Assembly (NCBI RefSeq): GCF_004010195.1
Contig: NW_025215027.1
Span: 1 to 54,763, forward strand
Direction of reading: 5' to 3'
DNA length: 54,763 nucleotides
Source of the DNA: Chiloscyllium plagiosum
Lineage: Eukaryota
Shown here: one piece after another, positions 26,023 to 38,137 of the stretch
Layout: each line of letters begins with the position of its first letter
How positions within the stretch are numbered: position 1 is the first letter of the stretch
The notes under the pieces: model-generated
The model's input: only the letters and a program-made list of their open reading frames with translations
Databases searched by the model: none
Told to the model about the DNA's origin: nothing
Made by a program: the position numbers and the translations under genes

Positions 26023-26922
26023 GAGTCATAGAGATGTACAGCTCTGAAACAGACCCTTCGGTCCAACCCGTCCATGCCGACCAGATATCCCAACCCAATC
26101 TAGTCCCACCTGCCAGCAGAGTCATAGAGATGTAAAGCATGGAAACAGACCCTCTGGTCCAACTTGTCCATGCCGATCAGATATCCTAAATTAATCTAGT
26201 CCCATTTGTCAGCACTTGCCCCATATCCCTCTAAATCCTTCCTATTCGCTTACCCATCCACATGTCTCTTAAATGTTGCAATTGTACCAGCCTCCACCAC
26301 TTCTTCTGGCAGCTTATTCCATACACTCACCAATCTCCGTATGAAAAGGTTGCCTCTTAAGTCCCATTTAAATCTTAAGAACTTGTCTATCCTTCAGCCT
26401 CTGATGCTCCTGGAAAAATTGCCCCAGTCTGTTCCGCACCTCCCTATAGCTCAAACCCTTTCAAGTTTCACAACATCCTTCCTATAGGATGGAGACCAGA
26501 ACTCCACACAATATTCCAAAAGTGGCCTAACAAATGTCATGTATAGCAACATGACTTTTTGTCATTGATATAAATAATTTGGATGTAGGAGATATAGTTC
26601 GTAAATTGGAGGTATGGGGGACAGAGAAGAAAGTTACCTCAGAATACAATGGGACCTTGATCAGATGGGGCCCAAGGGCTGAGGAGTGGCAGATGGAGTT
26701 TAATTTAGATAAATGCGAGGTGCTGCATTTTGGAAAGGCCAATCAGGTCAGGACTTATACACTTAATGGTAAGGTCCTGGGGAGTGTTGCTAAACAAAGA
26801 GACCTTGGAGTGCAGGCTCATTGTTCCTTGAAAATGGAGTCGCAGGTAAAATGTACAGTGAAGAAGGCATTTGTTATGCTTTCATTTATTGGTTAGATCA
26901 GAGTCTAGGAGTTGGGAGGTCA
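26023..26922 (-). mobile_element. CR1 3' fragment with a doubled 3' end (26023-26118) and an inverted upstream segment (~26558-26922, +)
   Basis: Two successive gagtcatagagatgta.. tails; + segment encodes WQMEFNLDKCEVLHFGKAN..QRDLGVQ. Confidence 0.85.
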
Positions 26923-27335
26923 TTCGGGATTGGAATGTCTTCAAATGGTCACCCTCTCTTGCCCTATGTCCAATACCTCAATCATAATGAGGTTAATGCT
27001 GATGGAGTTCCTACTCAATTCATACCACCAATCAGAGCCTGCCTCCACTGATTAATCATTCACCTCCAACAATGCTTTCTCATCTTGTCTGGAGTCAAAA
27101 TAATTGCAACTGTCAATAATTGACTTAAGGGCCTCAATTAGCAGCTGTGTGGGAAGGTGGAACGTGGTCTTCCTCCACAGAACTTAGGCAAAGGTGAGAG
27201 ATGGCAGGGTTCAGGCACACCACCATTCAACTTAAGTTCCCTTATTCTCACCTAAATTTCTGCCCATAATGTTTATACATTTGCATTCATGAATCCAGTC
27301 AACCTGACCTGTGGAAAATAACTAATGAATATTAC

Positions 27336-27580
27336 GTATCAGTTGTGGCTCCTTCATTTAGATTACCTCCATCTGAGGTAACTTTTCTCACCTGCGATAA
27401 ATCTGACGATCCACTGACAATTTCAGTTACAAATGAAAGCTCATCTTTTGTGTTGCTCATTGAACTGGTATCCAATGGTGAAATGCTGTCAAACTGATAC
27501 TGGCTGTGACCAGCTTCTTTTATTTCTAAGTTATCCATATTACGATTCCAGTTGTGAACTTTTTCATCACTCATTCCCAA
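27336..27580 (-). CDS. Candidate first coding exon of a gene divergent from RIOK1, possibly CAGE1-like
   Basis: Acceptor ttttcctgcag|, ATG at 27574, open frame MSDEKVHNWNRNMDNLEIKEAGHSQYQFDSISPLDTSSMSN..EIVSGSSDLSQ; donors CAG|gtgaga (exon end 27392) or AC|gtaata (27336). Only weak similarity to the recalled CAGE1 N-terminus; RIOK1 and CAGE1 are head-to-head in mammals. Confidence 0.4.
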
Positions 27581-30500
27581 CTGCAGGAAAATTTCTAGAA
27601 AAGTATAATACACACAATAGGTCAGTTTGCGCATAGTATTTTCCTTCAAAATATATTTTAAATACAGATGTGCCTAACAATACATACAAAATAATCTTGC
27701 TTACAAAGTGATTTGATGCTCCCTTAAAATTTCCAGTCTAAACCTTCCTGAAAATCTACGTTGTATACATAATCTATAGTCCTTATTACATCTTTTCCTA
27801 AATTATCATTCATTCCTATGAGTGCCACATTAATTGCGTCCTCTCTCTTACGCATGGGTTCATTTAAAATGCCATGGCCTTGATTTTCCAGTCAAGTTGC
27901 ATCAGTTTCTGGCTATTACGTAAATGGACTTTGGCAGGAATACTTTCAGGAACTACAAATTCCCAAATCTCCTCCATCACATTGAATTTCATAAGAGAAG
28001 TAGTTGTGACATACATGTTTTAGGTAAAATGGACGAACAGTTGAATTAGAATGCTGTGTAAATTATGGATTGAGGCGACCTATTGTACTTTATGTCAAGC
28101 TGCCATAGCAACACCAATTGGGATTTTCATGCCTTCCAGCATTGTTATGGCTGGAATAGAGGGTTATTTCAATTGTAAAAGGGACAAAGAACTGAAGGCA
28201 CTGATTTTGTGGCTGTAACGATGGTGCAACTGGCAGCATTTAAAACTCTGAAACTGACAGCAGGTTCAGGCATTCCTGTATGCATGGTTAAAGCAGAAGT
28301 TGCTGTCAGTTTGATTTTCTGCTCCAGTATATACAGATGTTTTGATAGGATAGACCGAGAACTATCAGTGAATGGAACCAGAACCAAGTGGCATAAATAT
28401 AAAATTCTTCTTGCATTTTCTGCTCACAGGCAGGTTCTTTGTAATTATTCACTGAGCCAGAGCTAAGATGCCTTGGTTTCATTTTAACTATGGACAGACC
28501 AATGGCATGGGCCTTGATTGAACTTCAACTGAATAGGAATCAAACTCCAGGCTGTAGCTGTTAACCTGTTCCTTACATTAGCCATTGAGCCAACTGGCCC
28601 CCACCAAATTTAAGACAGTCAATGATAAATTTGATCGGTAATTCAGCAGAAAGATTTTTTTTTAAACAAATATGTTTGGAGTGTAAAACCTGCCACCACA
28701 AGGAAGGGTTGAGACACCCAGAACAGACACATCTAAGAGGAATCTAGATAAACATGAAGCAGAAAACAAGGGAATAATGATGGTGGGACTAGTTAAAGGA
28801 AGATGGGAGGACACTATGTGAAACCTAAACATCAGCATGGACTGATTTCAGTAAATTGCAAAATTCAGTAAATTGTAAATTGCAAGTCACTGTGCTGTAA
28901 TTACTATCGAAAGCTATATAGTGTGATGGGGGAGCTTATTTGAACTAGGGAATAAACAGAATAGATGCAATTTACTCTGCATCTGGTCTGTGCCATTTCT
29001 AATCTGGGAATGCTTGACACTGCTGAGTATTTAAAAATGCAAAAATATTCTATCAGTGAAACAAATAACGTTTTAGCTTACACTGAGCAATGATCAATTT
29101 TACTTTGTTAATAAATACTGGCACACCTAGTGACATACTAACTGAACTCAATGCATTCACTTTGATCCATTTTAAGGTTGCTGCACATAGCTCTATTGCT
29201 GACATTCAAATTCCTACTTGTGTTGTGCACTGCACCCTGCTGTTCAATTATCAGTATACAGTTGGGAACTTTACTAAAGGCTGAGATCAAGTATCAGGTT
29301 AAGTTAAATAACAATCAAGCAAAGCACTTCACTGCTGTAAGAGAAGATATAGGAGCACAATGAGCCATTCGGCCGATTGAGTCTGCTCTGTGCCTGAGTA
29401 AATTTTTTGCAGTGTGTGCCTGAACATATCAAGATATTGCATGCAGTGTTCCTATCATGCTTCTGCATTACACATTCGTAAACATAGTAAAATTTACTGA
29501 AATACATCAAGTTATGTTACTTATGCTTAAAAGACTGACTGATATAAAAGTTTAATCTATCCAAAGCTTCCTCTAGCTGATGGAATCCAAGAGAATAAAT
29601 CTTCAAGGTATGTACATATATTAGTTAGAAAAACTGAAGAGTAACCAAGCAATTCTAACAGCTCAAAAATGCATTTTTTAAATTTAGTATTTTCTCAAAT
29701 GCAGAAATTCCAGAAATTTAAAATAAGGCTTTAAATACAGTTAGATGAAAAATTATACATTCACAATAATATGATAAATCATACTTATTAACAGTTATCT
29801 TGTGCATGTATAAGTAGCTTCATTAATAATCTCAGCTTCTATTAACTGTAGTTGAAACTGTATATTTTGACCTTGAGCTCTTTTGACCTATTATCTCCAG
29901 TGGCAGATGGCAGTGTTAAAGTATATAAAAATCCCTGCCATGACTCAAGAAGATTTTGCATTATCTTTCATCATTATTTTCTTTGTTCCAAACAAATTTA
30001 AGAGACATTGGGCACTCTTCCTCCCCCATCTTTTCTTTTATATTTGCAATGACTTCAAATTTCTGAAGGCTTCTTCTGATTTCCCACTGCAACAACTATG
30101 TCAAGATGGTTATACAACCACTATCTACCACAAATCCTTCCTCCCTTTCAAATAAATGCACCCTTATTAGGAGAAGGTAAAGCTGGGTTGGGGGGAGGGA
30201 AGCCGAGGGGAAGGAGAGAATTGGATAAAGTCAGTGCTGACAATTCCCGAAATTAGTACTCTCACTCCGGAGATTCAGTGTATAGTAGCAGTTGGTGTTC
30301 TGACAAAAGTGAGGCATGCTGGTTCCACAAGGGGTTGCATGAAGCCTCACCAGTGGGGTTTATGCCTGACAAATTTACTTTGGATCACTCCATAAGCAAA
30401 TGAGCCTCAGATTTTCCTCTGAGCTGTAACCACTCTTTTGCTATAACTTTATGAGCAGCAGAAATCCAATTTGCATAAACCTTTTCGTCAGATTGCCAGT

Positions 30501-30635
30501 GGAATTCTAATGGCATATGTGGTGCTCCAGGGAATCACTGGAACACTATTGCTGTGATCTGAAGACAGTACAATTGGCGTGAAACCGTTAGGGAGAAATA
30601 GCAAATGAGAGAAAATAAGAGTTCATAATGGGACA

Positions 30636-32200
30636 GCTCATGATTTTATAAACCTCTATAAGGTCACCCCTCAGCCTCTGACACTCCAGGGAAAACAGCC
30701 CAAGCCTATTGATCCTCTCCCTATAGCTCAAATCCCCCAACCCTGGCAATATCCTTGTAAATCTTTTCTGAACCGTTTCAATTTTCACAACATTTTTCCG
30801 ATAGGAGGGAGACCAGAATTATAATGGACCCAGCACCGATCCTTGTGGCACTCCACTGCTTACATGCCTCCACTCTGAAAAGCAACCCTCCACCACCACC
30901 CTTCTACCTTTGAGCCAGTTCTGTATTCAAATAGCTAGTTGTCCATGTATTCTATGAGATTCCACCTCCAAATGGACCCCACCACCAGGGATATATTTCC
31001 CTCCCCTCCCCTATCAGCGTTCCGAAAAGACCACTCCCTCCGTGACTCCCTCATCAGGTTGACACCCCCCACCAATCCAACCTCCACTCCCGGCACCTTC
31101 CCCTGCAACCGCAAGAAATGCAAAACTTGCGCCCACACCTCCCCCCTTACTTCCCTCCAAGGCCCCAAGGGATCCTTCCATATCCGCNNNNNNNNNNNNN
31201 NNNNNNNNNNNNNNNNNNNNNNNNNNNNNNNNNNNNNNNNNNNNNNNNNNNNNNNNNNNNNNNNNNNNNNNNNNNNNNNNNNNNNNNNNNNNNNNNNNNN
31301 NNNNNNNNNNNNNNNNNNNNNNNNNNNNNNNNNNNNNNNNNNNNNNNNNNNNNNNNNNNNNNNNNNNNNNNNNNNNNNNNNNNNNNNNNNNNNNNNNNNN
31401 NNNNNNNNNNNNNNNNNNNNNNNNNNNNNNNNNNNNNNNNNNNNNNNNNNNNNNNNNNNNNNNNNNNNNNNNNNNNNNNNNNNNNNNNNNNNNNNNNNNN
31501 NNNGATTCTCCTGCTCCTTGGATGCTGCCTGACCTGCGCTTTTCCAGCAACACATTTTCAGCTCTGATCTCCAGCATCTGCAGTCCTCACTTTCTCCTCC
31601 TTCTATGAGATCTAACCTTGCTAACCAGTGTCTCATGGAGAACCTTGTCGAACACCTTATTGAAGTCCATATCGATCACGTCCACTGCTCTGCCCTCATC
31701 AACCCTCTGTCACTTTTTCAAAAAACTCAATCAAGTTTGTGAGACATGATCTCCCATGCACAAAGCCATGCTGACTATCCCTAATCAGTCTTTGCCTTTC
31801 CAAATACATGTAAATCCTGACCCTCAGGATTCCCTCCAACAACCTACTCACCACCGACGCCGGGCTGACCAGTCTCTAGTTTCATGGCTTATCCTTACCA
31901 CCTTGCGTAAATAGTGGCATCACATTAGCCAACCTCCAGTCTTCCAGCACCTCAACTGTGACTGTCGTTAATACAAATATCTCAACAGGGGCCCAACGAT
32001 CACTTCCTTAGCTTCCCACAGAGTTCTAGCGTACACCTAATCAGGTCCTGGGGATTTATCCACTTTTATGCATTTCAAGACATCCAGCATCTTCTCTTCC
32101 TCCTCCTCTGTAATATGGATATTTTTCAAAATGTTGCCATCTATTTCCCCACATTCTATATCTTCCATGTCCTTTTCCATGCAAAATACTCATTTAGTAT
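30636..32200 (-). mobile_element. CR1 LINE fragment hosting a Penelope insertion
   Basis: FTRILPGL..RLRGDLIEVYKIM; the [16 protein letters not shown] and DFNKVFDKV-region sequences continue across the insertion. Confidence 0.88.
30961..31600 (+). mobile_element. Neptune-type Penelope 3' fragment (partly in N gap) with 11-bp TSD
   Basis: DPTTRDIFPSPPLSAFRKDHSLRD..PCNRKKCKTC; terminal ggatgctgcc..ccagcatctgcagtcctcactttctcc; TSD ttctatgagat at 30950-30960 and 31601-31611. Confidence 0.9.
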
Positions 32201-33795
32201 CTCCCCCGTCTCATACCACCTTTCTGAAATACTGGCATCACTTTAACCAAGTTCCATGTTCCTGGATGTATTGAAGTAAATGCAGTTTTTTAAGCGTAGC
32301 ACTGTTTCCACACTGTAGAAAATCTAATCTAATCTAAAAATCTACAATAGTGAGTACAGTGCATTCTTTCTTGACTATGTTTTATTGAGATTTAAATTAA
32401 GAATATAAGCCATAGGTATCAAGTTAGCCTGGAGCAGTGTTTTATTTTAAGAGCAATATTCTTAACCCCAGTCCAACACGGGCATCTCCACATCATAACA
32501 ATATCACAGCAGGAAAACTGGAAACTAAGGATGGTTTCCAGAAAGAGTACAAGTCACCACCAGGCCATTTTCATGCTGATTTTAACAGCTGGCTCTCAAT
32601 ATTTTGGTATCAGTTATGCTATCACTGTTTTGGTCTCATTCTGTCCATGGCATGTACTGTCAACGGAAAGAATGAGTAAAAGATTTGCTCAAACACCACT
32701 GACATGGAGATTTGTTTTACAAGCAAACTGCAAAGCAAGGTAAGTTACTCCTGGTCTATTGAATCATGAGAAAGACTTACCCTCGGCAAAGCCAATATAC
32801 ATCTCACGTGACTTTTGTTCTGCAATATTATTGGTGGTCTCTCCACTCAGCATTTCATTGGCACTAAGGAGAAAAGGTCATTTTCAAAAACAGTTGCACA
32901 GGCAAGTTGACAAGGGTCATGGGATTTTTTTTCAAAGTTTTATGAAATCAAGCAAGTAAAGAAGGTATAAACTGCCATTTAATAGTGGTGGTTTTATTCA
33001 AACCAGTATTAAATTTCAAAACACATTTAAAGGCAGATTTTCAGCATCACATTGTCCTCTCAACCAGGAATTGTGCATCTTCACCCACCGTCTGCTTCCA
33101 ATTCAGCCTGACTTTTGCAATGTGGAAGGAAGCCACATTGTCAGAGGTGGGGTGTGAGATCTCAAAAAAGGCGGGCCAACCGAGCCACTCAGGAGGACTG
33201 TCCAGGATCTCACAGCACGCACAGTCGGAGTACACTTAGCGAAGCAAAGAGGCGCATCCAATCGCACTGCAGGGGGGAGGGGAAGAGTATCGTTTTTTGC
33301 TCTCATTTGCCCCGCCCGTTTCAAATGGAAAATGCTCACCATTTGCGATTAACCTTGATGTTGCCGCATTCAGTCGAACAGAGGGAGGAGGACCAAGTAT
33401 TTTTGTCCATCTGCACAATTCATGCACCTCTAGCAACGGCTGATCAATGTACAACTGCGATCATCCCCCGCCCTGCGCGCGGCACGCGGCTCAGACCCAG
33501 CGACGTCACCTAACGTCTGTGACGCCACAATGGAGGCATCCTCGTTACACTGTCGGTATTCGTGATGTCACCTAATTGGCAACATTGTGCGTGGAGAGCG
33601 CGGGTTGGGTTGGTTACCTATGTTTCCAGAACCTCACCTGTATTATCTAAACGTTATTTACAACATAACGCATACCATTGTCCGAAACAAGCTTTTCTTT
33701 GGTAGGAAACGTAACCCAAATAAAAAGGATCTCTATAGTCTATCCAAAAAGTGACCTGTTAGAAAATTGAAAACGAACAACTTCCCTCTGCAACG

Positions 33796-33924
33796 AGAGT
33801 GTGGTGCTGAAAACGCACAGTAGGTCAGGCAGCATCCGAGGAGTAAGAGAATCGACAGTCCTTCATCATTCCTGACCACACTCTCGACTCTGATTTCCAG
33901 CATCTGCAGCCCTCACTTTCGCCT
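33796..33924. mobile_element. Collapsed head-to-head Penelope-terminus mini-element
   Basis: gagagtgtggtgctg..ggcagcatccgagg..aatcgac..ccttcatca then ccacactctc..ccagcatctgcagccctcactttc. Confidence 0.75.
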
Positions 33925-34550
33925 AGTTGATTTTTCCCTCTGTGTACCTGACCCAGCCGCTCAGGAATTCAGATTTTAAACTTTTTCACCCCGTAGTTAA
34001 TAAAGTCAACCAATCGTTTTAGCAAGTTAAGCAGACGTGAAGTTTTTATTTCGAGTCGAGTTGTAGGATTTACAAGTGGAAGATCTAAAATATTGGTCGG
34101 GTTTGAAATGAGAATAAAGAAAATGGAATATATAAAACAACTGCGCGTGCTGGCAGTCTGAAAACAAACAAAAACAAATGCTGGAGAAATTTGACCTTGT
34201 TTCGAACGAAGTTTCTCCAGCATTTTCTATTTTTGTTTGAAGTGGAAATGTTACCAGATTTAAAACTAGGCGCTGTTTCTTATACAGTACCAATTACGAA
34301 ATTAGTTTCGTTTATTCGTTTTCCTCTGTCAATTCACACTGAATCAAGAAGTGTTTTATGTTAGAAAGAAGAAATGCTTCTTTCAAAAATTCCGATTATT
34401 GCTGATCGGGATGGAAAAGGACAGCTGGTCATGTTCAGGGGTTAAACTCCTGTCGTCACGATCAGGTGGGTGGCGGTCTGCGTTTCGAAATCGCGTTTGT
34501 TTGCGGGTTAGTGATGTGGTGCAGTTTGGAGCGGGGCAGCTGCCATAGCC

Positions 34551-34654
34551 ATGGCCGCCTCGTGTTCTGATAGTTCCCTGTTGAGGGGCTCGAGCTGCTC
34601 CATGGACGGTTCCTCGCTCCCCGGGCAGTTTGATGATGCGGACATCGAGCACAG
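34551..34654 (+). CDS. RIOK1: First coding exon of RIO kinase 1
   Basis: Kozak gccATGg; MAASCSDSSLLRGSSCSMDGSSLPGQFDDADIEH + AG|gtaacc. PGQFDDAD is the conserved vertebrate RIOK1 N-terminal motif; the exon lies in a CpG island. The call rests on one short motif. Confidence 0.72.
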
Positions 34655-34757
34655 GTAACCAGTAAGCGGCTGCCGGGACAGGTTAGACTGGAGACGCGCC
34701 GTTCATGGATTAATATCTTTTATTGATCACCTTCTCCAGGTCCCGGGTGCTCTGTTC

Positions 34758-34917
34758 CTCTCCCAGCAAGCGGCCCCCACCTCTGGGTGCTGTGCTCCTT
34801 TCCCTATAGAGGCCCCACCTCTGGGTGCTGTGCTCCTTTCCCTATGGAGGTCCCCACCTCTGGGTGGTCTGCCCCTCTCCCAGCAAGCGGCCCCCACCTC
34901 TGGGTGCTGTGTCCCTC
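34758..34917. repeat. GC-rich minisatellite, ~4 units of ~39 bp
   Basis: Repeating ccccacctctgggtgctgtgctcctttccctat / ctctcccagcaagcggcc. Confidence 0.85.
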
Positions 34918-36043
34918 TTCCACTTTCTCTTTCTCAGTGGATGCCATTCTTTGCTTTCTCTCCTTCCCTCCTGTGTATGCCTTCCATATGCTCTCTGTCC
35001 CCTCTGTTGTGCCTCTCTGATGCAATCCCTCAGGAGCCCTGCCAGGTGTGGTTCCTGTGAATGTTTATGTCAAGTATTGTGTGCTGTCACATATAGTGAG
35101 GCTAGTTTGTGTTTTGTTAAAGATGACCCTGTATGTGATTATCTAGCTACAGTCCTAGGGTACTCCACTAGTATGGTCACATGGATGATCAACTGTGCAT
35201 GTTTCTCTGCTTATCCTGCTGGAGCAGTCATAGGGTGCTTTGTTGGCTTATTGTGTTGAATGCAGTCCTGCAGATTCTGTGCTGTCTAGGCACAATGTGT
35301 TAATTCTTTACAATGTAAAAGCTTTGCATGAGCCCCGCTTTCTATTTATGTGTCTTGGTCTGTTGTGGTGGGTGATATAACTTCTGGTTCTTTTTCTGAG
35401 AGGTTGGTAAGTTGGGTTCAAATCGATATGGTTGTTAATAGAGTTCCGGTTTGAATGCCATGTCTCCAGGAATTCCCACGTGTATCTTTGTTTAGCCTGT
35501 CCCAGGATGGATGTATTGTCCCAGTTGAACTGGTGTCCCTTTTGTCCATGTGTATGGGTACTAGTGATAGTTGATCATGTCTTTTGGTGGTTAGTTGGTG
35601 CTCATGTAGCCTGGTGGCTAGCTTCCTGCTGGTCTGTCCAATGTAATGTTTGTTGCAGTCCTTGGAGGGTATTTTGTATATGGCATTTGTTCTGCTGGTT
35701 TTTGGTATGGGGTCCTTTAGATTCATCAGGACCTGTTTCAGTGTTGTGGGAGGTTTGTGGGCTCCCATGATGCCTAGGGGCCAGAGTAGTCTGATCATCA
35801 TCTCTGAGATACCTTTAATGTATGGCAGGGTGGCTAGAGTCTCTGGGCGTATTGTGTCTTTTGTTTAGGTCTGCTGTGTAGGAATCAGCAGACTGTGCTA
35901 ATTGGGTACCCATTGTTCCTGAATACATTGTATGGATGTTTTTCCTTGGCTTCTCTTATTCCTGGATGCTGTATTTTTTTGGCTAGTTTAAATTATGTCC
36001 TGATGCAGCTCCGTTTCTGGGTGTTGGGATGATTGCTCCTGTA

Positions 36044-36253
36044 GTTGAAAAATGTGGTGCTGGAAAAACACAACAGGCCAGACAGCATCCGAGGAGCAGG
36101 AGAATCGACGTTTCGGGCATAAGCCCTTCCCGAAGAAGGGCTTATGCCCGAAACGTCGATTCTCCTCCTCGGATGCTGCCAGGCCTGCTGTGTTTTTCCA
36201 GCACCACATTTTTCAATTCTGGTACTCCAGCATCTGCAGTCCTCGCTTTCTCC
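36044..36253. mobile_element. Hairpin (head-to-head) Penelope-terminus mini-element with hammerhead motif and 14-bp TSD
   Basis: Arms ..aatcgacgtttcgggcataagccctt / aagggcttatgcccgaaacgtcgatt..; core CCGAAGA-A-GGGC-UUAU-GCCC-GAAA-CGUC; TSD tgattgctcctgta at 36030-36043 and 36254-36267. Confidence 0.88.
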
Positions 36254-37055
36254 TGATTGCTCCTGTAATTGAGTATCTGGTCAGAGTGTGTGATTTTCCA
36301 CTCTCCATTGGTTTTTCATTCTACTGTGACCTCTAGGAAGAGATATCTGTTGTTGTTTTCTTCCTCTTTGGTGAACTTTATAACAGTAAGGATGTTGTTT
36401 ATGTGTTTGTGGGTTTCTTCTAATTTGTTGCGTTTCATGATGTCAAAGGTATCATCCACACAGCGGACCAAAAGCTTGGGTGGGATCATGGGAAGGCCTG
36501 GTCATTCTAACCTCTGCATGACTGCTTCTGCTAAGAATCCTGATATTTGTAATCTCATGGGTATCCTGTTGATTCGTTTTTAAATCGTATCTTTGAAGGT
36601 GAAGTGGGTTGTGAGACTCAGATCTTGTAGTTTGAGGATGCTCTCCTTGCTGATGGAGTTGTTGCTGTCAGGTGTTTGTGTCCTTGGTTCGTCTAACAGT
36701 GAGGCCAGAGTTTCTTTGGCTAGAGTGATGTTTATTGATGTGAATAGGGCTGTCACATCGAAGGAAACCACAACCTCATCGTCTTCTACCTTGGTGTCTT
36801 TGATGATGTTAAGGAATTCCTGGGTGGAGTGGACGGAGTGGCCAAAGTCTTCTACTAGGTGTTTCAGTTTGCGTTGTAGTTCCTTTGCTAGTCTGTATGT
36901 CAGTATACCAGGAAGTGAGACTATGGGTCTGAGGGAAGACCCCATGTTTATGTACGTTTGATAATCCATAGAAACGGGCGTGTTGGATCAGTCAGATTTC
37001 ATTCTTTGGAAGTCTGTCTTGTTAATTTTACCTGTCTTGTGTAGTTTCCTCAGAG

Positions 37056-37147
37056 ATGGAAATGTGTTGCTGGAGAAGCGCAGCAGGTCAGGCAGCATCT
37101 AGGGAACAGGAGAATCGACGTTTCGGGCATTAGCCCTTCTTCAGGAA
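37056..37147 (-). mobile_element. 92-bp Penelope-terminus mini-insertion with intact hammerhead core and 13-bp TSD
   Basis: Minus strand CUGAAGA-A-GGGC-UAAU-GCCC-GAAA-CGUC at 37117-37144; TSD agtttcctcagag at 37043-37055 and 37148-37160. Confidence 0.88.
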
Positions 37148-38049
37148 AGTTTCCTCAGAGTTTGCTGTGGAGTTGGGTCCATCGCCACCTGTTAGTAGGT
37201 ATTGGTATCTGTGTGTTTGTTTTTTCAGTGTATTGTGTTCTGTTCAGGATGACGGTCACGTGCCCCTTGTCTGCCAGTAGGATTACGATATTCTTGCCTT
37301 TTCTGAGTCTTTCTAAGGCCTTCCTTTCCTTTGGGTTGAGGGTGTTCCCTTCTACCTTTCTACTTAGTGTTGGTGTTACTGTCTGTCTGATGGCCTGCTG
37401 GATTTCTTTTGTAAGTCCGTTGTCTTTCAGGGTGGGTTCAAATGCTGTTAGGAAGTCCTTTTTGTCTGCGTTCCTGTGATTGAAGTTCATTCCTCGTACT
37501 CGGACAGCTTTTTCCATGTCTATGAGTGGTCGATCCAATGGTTCTTTATTCAAGTCTCTGAATTGTCCATGTTATTGCTGTACCAGTTTTTCTTGTAGGG
37601 CTAGTCTTTTCCTTGTCTTGGTCTGCTGTTGTTCAGTGTTGATGGCTCGTTCTAGCGTACTTGTCCATTCATGGTCAGCCGAATTAGTGTGCAGTGTTTA
37701 TTGGCGCGCAGTGTCTTGATCGTATTTGTGGAGCCGGTTGTGGGCATCATTTGTCATTTCTCGTAGAATCCTGTGGCCTTTCTGTTCTGCTGTTCTTCTG
37801 GCTTATGGGGTGGTGAGATTGGTTTTGTATTTGACACATTGTGGTAATGCCTGATTCCTGAGGTATTCCTGTAGGAAGTACAGTTGTTGGCAGGTGGTGC
37901 TCAGTCAGATGGTATTGGTTTCCCATCTTTGGGCTAATTTGAGCGTATTGCACCCATAGGTTTTTACAATTTTAGAGAAGGTTTTTGCAGCTACCGTTAT
38001 ACTTTTGCTCCTGCGCTGATAGATTTATTCTCAGAAGTTTCGTCACCAT

Positions 38050-38137
38050 GCTCCTTGGATGCTGCCTGAACTGCTGTGCTCTTCCAGCACCACTGATCCA
38101 GAATCTGGTTTCCAGCATCTGCAGTCATTGTTTTTAC
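38050..38137 (+). mobile_element. Neptune-terminus fragment inserted into the Poseidon pseudo-LTR hammerhead
   Basis: gctccttggatgctgcc..ccagcatctgcagtcattgtttttac, same terminus as 2956-3010 in reverse complement. Confidence 0.85.

Larger units (their letters stand above)
33170..34700. promoter_or_regulatory. CpG-rich divergent promoter region (CpG clusters at ~33170-33660 and ~34390-34700)
   Basis: Local CpG enrichment in a depleted background; CCAAT (~33258), GC boxes ccccgccc (~33310, ~33466), CRE-like cgacgtca/tgacgcca (33501-33527); minus-strand donor GAGG|gtaagt at 32781. Confidence 0.7.

Noticed and set aside
30935..31636. Long ORFs of 149-233 aa in the ORF track
   Set aside because: They read through the N gap; the real parts are Penelope sequence.
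34758..34917. CRISPR-like repeat and linker appearance
   Set aside because: The linkers are themselves repeated and the context is a vertebrate intron; it is a minisatellite.
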